64,000 nt of DNA, from positions 808,001-872,000 of the forward strand of contig NC_045697.1 of NCBI RefSeq assembly GCF_009834535.1, written 5' to 3'. The position numbers were made by a program, and so were the translations under genes. Origin of the DNA: Camelus ferus. Taxonomy: Eukaryota. Below the pieces are notes generated by a model. That model did not search any database. It was not told where the DNA came from and was given only the letters and a program-made list of their open reading frames with translations. Shown here in pieces: positions 63,086 to 64,000 of this stretch. Position 1 is the first letter of the stretch, and each line of letters begins with the position of its first letter.

Positions 63086-63256
63086 GTGCGCCTCCCCTCT
63101 GTCCGCGGGCGAAAGGTGGGCTGGCAGGTGCGAACCTGAATTGGACACCGGCCGAGCAGCCCACAAATCCCGAGGCGCTCACTCAGCCCTTCGGGGAGAA
63201 CCTGGGCTGACCCCGCCCCGCAGGTAAACGACACGTGTGTTCTGTTTTGATCTCAG

Positions 63257-63344
63257 CGCACGGGGTGTGGACACGCCTTCCTCGGGAAGCCCCCCCGAGG
63301 CGAAGCTGGTGGAACTGGACTTCCTCGGCACCCCGGGTGTTCCC
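63257..63344 (+). CDS. TACC3: TACC3 exon 9 (ARGVDTPSSGSPPEAKLVELDFLGTPGVP)
   Basis: gatctcag|C...CCC|gtaagt; 88 nt. Confidence 0.93.
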
Positions 63345-63530
63345 GTAAGTGCTTGGTTCCCCCCGCGGTGTGAAGAGACACGTGTTCTAAGGGCGTGGGA
63401 TCTATGTTCTGGGACCTGGGGGAAGGCGTCAGGAGGTCGGCTGGGCCTGGGCGCCGAGCTGTGCCGTCTGGGAAACCGGCGGAGACGAGCACCAGTGGAA
63501 CCTGCCCAGCCTGTCTCCGTCACCCCGCAG

Positions 63531-63635
63531 GCACTTGGCCCGATTCCATGTGACCTCGGGCCCGGGGGCCCGCTGTTGCCCGTGGGGCCCATTGTGGACG
63601 TGCTGCAGTACAGCCAGAGGGACCTGGACACAGCG
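63531..63635 (+). CDS. TACC3: TACC3 exon 10 (ALGPIP...GPIVDVLQYSQRDLDTA); gene continues past the window
   Basis: ccccgcag|GCA...GCG|gtgagg; 105 nt; start of the TACC coiled-coil region. Confidence 0.93.
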
Positions 63636-64000
63636 GTGAGGATGAGTCGGGAGGACGGGCTCCCAGGCACGGCCCCGTAGGAGGGCCCCGTGGATGGCTC
63701 TGAGCTCTGGTCTTCCTCGTGCTGCTGCTCATGGAATCCTGGTGTCCACTTACGTACCCCTACCATTCACCCAGTTAGCTGAGGGTCTGGATGTCCTCAT
63801 TGGACACCACTCTGAGCTGCCCTAGGGGTGGCAAAGCAGGACAGCTAGCAGGGCTGGGCCTCAGCCCCCAAGTCTCCTTGCTGCCTAGGTGATGCCCTGG
63901 GTGGTCCCCTCTCAGGGAGGCCTGCATGCCAGGCCCCAGCCGGCAGCTGGATCCTCCCCGCCACTGGGCCTGCCCTCTGCAGGCTGCTCTCCCACCACGT

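Overview
Mammalian genomic DNA, GC-rich, with no prokaryotic features. It is most likely from a camelid, based on two tRNA-derived Vic-1-like SINEs plus artiodactyl-type L1 3' ends. The window is the conserved FAM53A-SLBP-TMEM129-TACC3 block (human 4p16.3 synteny, next to FGFR3). I rebuilt the gene models by hand from GT-AG junctions and reading-frame phases. FAM53A (-) has 4 coding exons and about 368 aa. SLBP (-) has 8 exons and 275 aa. TMEM129 (-) has 4 exons and 362 aa. TACC3 (+) has a non-coding exon 1 plus coding exons 2-10 and runs off the right edge. There are three promoter CpG islands, including a bidirectional TMEM129/TACC3 promoter, and one intragenic island. Repeats include L1, MLT1, MER21, MER5A, MER58 and a 38-bp minisatellite. 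I found no convincing novel biological system. The best leads are regulatory or structural: three uATGs in FAM53A, an orphan 24-nt micro-exon with near-perfect splice signals between SLBP and FAM53A, frame-compatible TMEM129-to-SLBP read-through, NAGNAG acceptors, and a twin-primed inverted L1. Most ORFs in the supplied track are GC-rich noise. Orthologue and repeat-family comparisons are from memory, not from database searches.
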